A stretch of DNA of 64,000 nucleotides. Source: Azolla caroliniana. Lineage: Eukaryota; Plantae; Polypodiophyta. Of this stretch, positions 59,887 through 64,000 are shown piece after piece. Below the pieces are notes generated by a model that saw nothing but the letters and a program-made list of their open reading frames with translations, was not told the DNA's origin and did not search any database. How positions within the stretch are numbered: position 1 is the first letter of the stretch; each line of letters starts with the position of its first letter. Where the stretch lies: positions 3,348,001-3,412,000 of the forward strand of contig JBHGNT010000012.1 of assembly GCA_043228905.1 (NCBI GenBank). The letters run 5' to 3'. A program made the position numbers and the translations under genes.

Positions 59887-61306
59887 ATCCTTATAAAAAA
59901 AATGAATCGTGCTTCATAAATCGACATCAACCATCTCACTGACGCTAATTTACCACCGAAATCGTGTACCTACAAAAAGAATGGGACACTACTCTCCTTG
60001 TCTGCTGATTAATCCCGTTACAACCCTCAACACCTTCATCAATGATCCTTATCCAAAATTAGAAGATGCTTCATTTTCCGCATCCAACATCCCACCCCGG
60101 TCAGTCCACATGACTACCCCTATCACATGTGCCTCGTTTATGTCCTTTTTGTCAAACTGAAATATGAGGACAGATGATAGGCGGAGTTCCAAGTCACATA
60201 AAGTTCATGTGCTAATCTTCACAATAACATCATATTCTGATTGCATAGCAACCATCCAATTTTCTGAATTTGGTGCTTCATCAAAAGAAACTAGTTCATT
60301 CTCATAAGAAAGACTAGAGGCAGCCATGGCATAACAATTTGAGGCAAAAAAAGCACTATGAGAACCTGAATGAGTATGCTATGACAACGGAACATCTTAT
60401 TTGCTATCTCACAAAGTCTGCAACAACCATTTAGGCACAACCTTCGCCTCCCCTATATCAGCCCTATCATCAGTAAGTGCATCATGTAATTCTGCAGCAG
60501 AAATGGAATGATTCGCATCATTATGAGTAGCCTGCAAAGGTTGAGAAGGTGCCCCAAGTGGGTCAAAACTTAACTGTCCACTTGTAAAAAGACACAACAA
60601 AGTGTCATACACATCTCTAGACCTAACTAATGTCTCCTTAGTACATGAAAGCAATGGCTAAACTGCATCCTCCACAAAAACAACATCATGGCTAACTAAA
60701 ATGCATTTAGTCTTTGGATGATACAAACGATAGCCTTTACTTGTAGAATTGCATGCAACAAAAATTCATTTCACTACTTTATCATCCAATTTTTTGCATT
60801 GTAACTGTTCAGGCATTAATGCATATGCCAAACAATAAAAAACATGCAAATGAGCAACATATGGCTTGCGGCGTTGCCAAGCCTCATATGGAGTGATAGA
60901 GTGCAGTGCTTTAATGGGACACTTGTTAATTACACATGCTGCACACATGACAGCCTCAAGCCAAAAACTATGTGCTAAAGCTTGACTTTTGACCGTACAC
61001 CTCGCCATTTCCATGAGTGACTTGTTCTTTCTTTCAACAACTCCATTCTAGTGAGGTGTATACGACACTATACACTGATGTCTTATCCCACGTTTAGCCA
61101 TAAATGCATTAAAATTAAAAGACATATACTTCCCCCCTTGATCAGAACGAAGGGTGCCCATTTTACATGGTGATAGATTTTTAGCCAAAGCTAGAAACTA
61201 TTTGAAGCATAGAAACACTTCAAACTTTGCCTTCAATGGATATACCCATGCATGCCTGGAAAAGTCATGAAGTAAAGATATTTCCCAAGAGAATGTGTCT
61301 GCATAG

Positions 61307-62074
61307 TGATAGTGTCTATAAGATAATAGATAGTTATACACTATATGAGGGCTTGACCAAACCGATTAGATGGAGTTGAAAATCATAATATATTATATAG
61401 CTCTAGGTAATTATGATTAGAGAGTATAACTCAAGAAACTAAGAAAAAAGATAGATAAAGCGAGCAAGAAATAAGAATGTTCTGATATTCCAACATCAAG
61501 AGAATACAAAGGAGACAAACTCCACATTGAACTAAAACCAAAGACCTTCCTCTTCTAAGACACTTCCTCTTCCACAAAGACACTTCTTCCTAACACTCCT
61601 CATCCACTCTTTGGCCTTCACTCTTAGCCCTCTCCTCACTAATATCCCTTCTTCTTTTATAACCTTCCTCTTCTTATCCACGTTCATGCTATTTTTAGAA
61701 GCTTTTTATCTCCCTATTTTTAGCTATGACACATCGACCTTCTAATCGTCATATCTCCCTCATCCGATATCCAAATTAAGCGATTTAAAAAGCTATAGAA
61801 AGCTCTTTTTACAAGCTTTCTAATCCATATTTAAACGTGATATTTGGATAAACAACGAGGGAGTTATGACCATTCTATTTTTACTGTTTTTTATAGTCTG
61901 CGTTTTCTCTTTTTACTTTTCTCTTGGTCTCGTACTTTTACTTTTGACTTCTTCCCTAAGCTCTTAGTTCGTGTTCTTATCCTCCAAATGTGAATTATCC
62001 ATACTTTATATCCATCTAGTGTTCAATGGTTTGAATTCAAAAAACACTTTCACACATAGGACCATGAGACATCA
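61307..62074. repeat. Putative LTR of an unrelated retroelement
   Basis: TGATAGTGTC...GAGACATCA termini; non-coding, LTR-like composition; interrupts the integrase remnant of I. No TSD found. Confidence 0.4.
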
Positions 62075-62082
62075 TTATGAAC

Positions 62083-64000
62083 CGTTGAGAATCGAACTCA
62101 ACTTCCCATAGAAATAGGTTTCACACTAGCTCATGGACATACCATGCAAGTTTTGTAAATAGTAGAAAGGGCCCTTGCCCTAGTTTAGTTGGTATTTAAA
62201 CCAACCGTTTGTAGTTTTGTTACTGTTGGAAGTAATATACAGTTTTCTTGTTAAGAAGCCCCCCCCTCTCTCTCTCTTAGTTTTTGGTACACACACACAC
62301 AATCACTCAATTATCTTCAGCTACATTACACCACAAGCTCTATCTCCTTACATGGTATCAGAGCGTGTGGTTGCTTAATCGAATCTATTCGACTGTGTTG
62401 TGGTACACGCCGACGATCAAAAGAACCGGCTTATTAACAGAGAAGAAATCACTGTGAATACTCAGATGGGAAGCACTCTTCCTACGGAAAAGCACGAAAG
62501 GACAAATTTTGCATCTTGGGAGTACAAGATACATCAGTACCTTGTCGGTTAAGGATACTAGAGCTATATTAAAGCAGCTCACGAAACACAACCTAACCCG
62601 ACACACGCCGACTACCCAGCGTGGGAGCGGGTTGCAAACCGTGTGTTGTATTGCCTTGCATCATGCATACATGATCACATGCTTGGCTATATTCGCAAGG
62701 CGAAAACGCCAAAAGAAGCATGGGGCAATCTCAAGAAGATCTTCGCGGCCAATACGGCTGCCCGCAAGCTCCAACTTCGTCAGGAGTTGAATGGCATTCA
62801 ACAAAGGGACATGTCAATTGGCAGCTACGCCTTGAAGATCAAGGAGCTCTGCGATTCCCTCGGCTTGATCAATGTTAGCATTGACGACGAAGAAATGGTG
62901 CAGATATGCCTCAGAGGCTTGGCACCTCGATTCAGTGCAATAAGATTTGCCGTCCTTGCAAGAGAGAATCCTCCCACCTTTTTCGATCTCCAATCAATAT
63001 TGTTGGTCGAGGAAAATCACGCCCGACAGAGGAACAACGTAGCAGAGGGTCAGATATTCTACTCCCAGTTGGATGATAGAAGAAATCTCGACCGTGCAAA
63101 TAGAGGTCGGCTCGGACAAGGCCTTCATGGTCAGCATACCCAAGAGCGTAACTCTCACCAATGGCAAGTGGATTGGGAACAATCCAAGAGAGTTCGGAAA
63201 AAGGGGCAGTCATCACGCTGTCGTGATGTGGCATGTCTAGTGCGAGAAAAAGTCAAAAATTGAGGATCCACACACATTTCACGAATACTTGTAAAAATGA
63301 AAATAAATAAACCTAGGTCACAATGGAATTGAGTGCATGTAGAGGGTTGCAAGTAAGATTTGAACCTTACACCTCTAAGATAAGAGGGAATTACCTTACC
63401 ACTAAAGCTACTACTAAGTGCTTTAAATGTTTTATATTTCTTTCTCATATTCAGTATTCCATAGGAAACAAACATACAAAACCGTGTACACAAAACCACG
63501 GTTTTAAGCCCATGGTTTTCTGCATGTCACAAAGCAAAACTATGTGCACAGAAACCATGGCTCCAAGCCCATGATTTTGTGCATGGACAAACCTATAAAA
63601 CCCCTAGTACGGCTAGTGTAAAGGGGGAGGCTCAATATGATATGACCACCATCATCACCATCAATAATATAAGATTCTATTTCCTCTTCTTCGCATCGAT
63701 CTTGTAATTATTTATCTACTTCTCAAGTGTACAATCTTCAATCTTCTCAAGTCTAATAGGTCTTCCTCCAATCTTACATTCACATCGTCTTCTTCTCAAT
63801 ACCTTGACGGACATCCTCCTTGGTCCAAGACCCTGGTGGTCCCGCTCAAGCGAAGCACGCTCGCACGCGCATCTTCGCGACAACGCCAGACCAAGCAATC
63901 GCAATAACCCAATCAAATGTGGATACTACGGAAAACTCGGTCACTACAAAGAGGAGTGCTGAAAGAAAAAGCACCCGTCGTTGTTGACTCAGGAGCATCC
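62083..64000 (+). mobile_element. Copia K (5' part; continues beyond the window), same family as J
   Basis: LTR at 62083-62352 and PBS TGGTATCAGAGC at 62353-62364. gag remnant at 62456-63218 resumes at 63887 with the zinc knuckle (CGYYGKLGHYKEEC) and PR (VDSGAS). Confidence 0.9.
63219..63882 (+). mobile_element. Solo LTR (664 bp) of the tRNA-Trp gypsy lineage inserted in gag of K
   Basis: TGTCG...CGACA termini and 4-bp TSD ACGC (63215-63218, 63883-63886). The 3' end (cttggtccaagaccctggtggtcccgc) resembles the U5 end of the B/C LTRs. Confidence 0.88.

Larger units (their letters stand above)
54320..61300 (-). pseudogene. Old copia pol remnant I (RH-RT 54331-55830; INT 60650-61290), interrupted by element J
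   Basis: VYVDGMLVTG, LYGLKQAP, FHARTKKIEVHYH, EMARCTVKSQALAHSFWLEAV. Degenerate ~100-150-bp repeats (catcaaccatctcgccggttaccacc) at 56020-56470 and ~59925. Confidence 0.85.

Overview
Eukaryotic plant-type DNA, most likely from a non-seed plant such as a fern, lycophyte or bryophyte (inferred from TE lineages only). Roughly 80% is nested LTR retrotransposons. These include Ty1/copia elements with a tRNA-iMet PBS and 5-bp TSDs: 108-6627, 23775-28946, 33911-37820 and 47381-53364, plus fragments. A non-chromovirus Ty3/gypsy family has a tRNA-Trp PBS, TGTCG...CGACA termini and 4-bp TSDs: 6641-14566, an apparently intact and very young copy at 16519-23556, and LTR derivatives. A non-autonomous hAT element spans 32506-38103. 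The only host-type genes are two tandem intronless genes encoding ankyrin-less PGG-like multi-pass membrane proteins. The first (39825-40745) has one domain and a W-box-rich promoter; the second (43691-45253) has two fused domains. The most notable observations are: (1) this PGG-only gene pair; (2) a ~200-bp repeat present twice, built from two convergent tRNA-like Pol III modules; (3) a conserved -1 frameshift cassette (GGAUUUU + covarying stem/pseudoknot) between protease and RT of the gypsy family; (4) apparent CpG-centred target-site choice by that family; (5) a conserved hairpin enclosing the PPT of the copia lineage. All coordinates were read by eye and no database searches were run.
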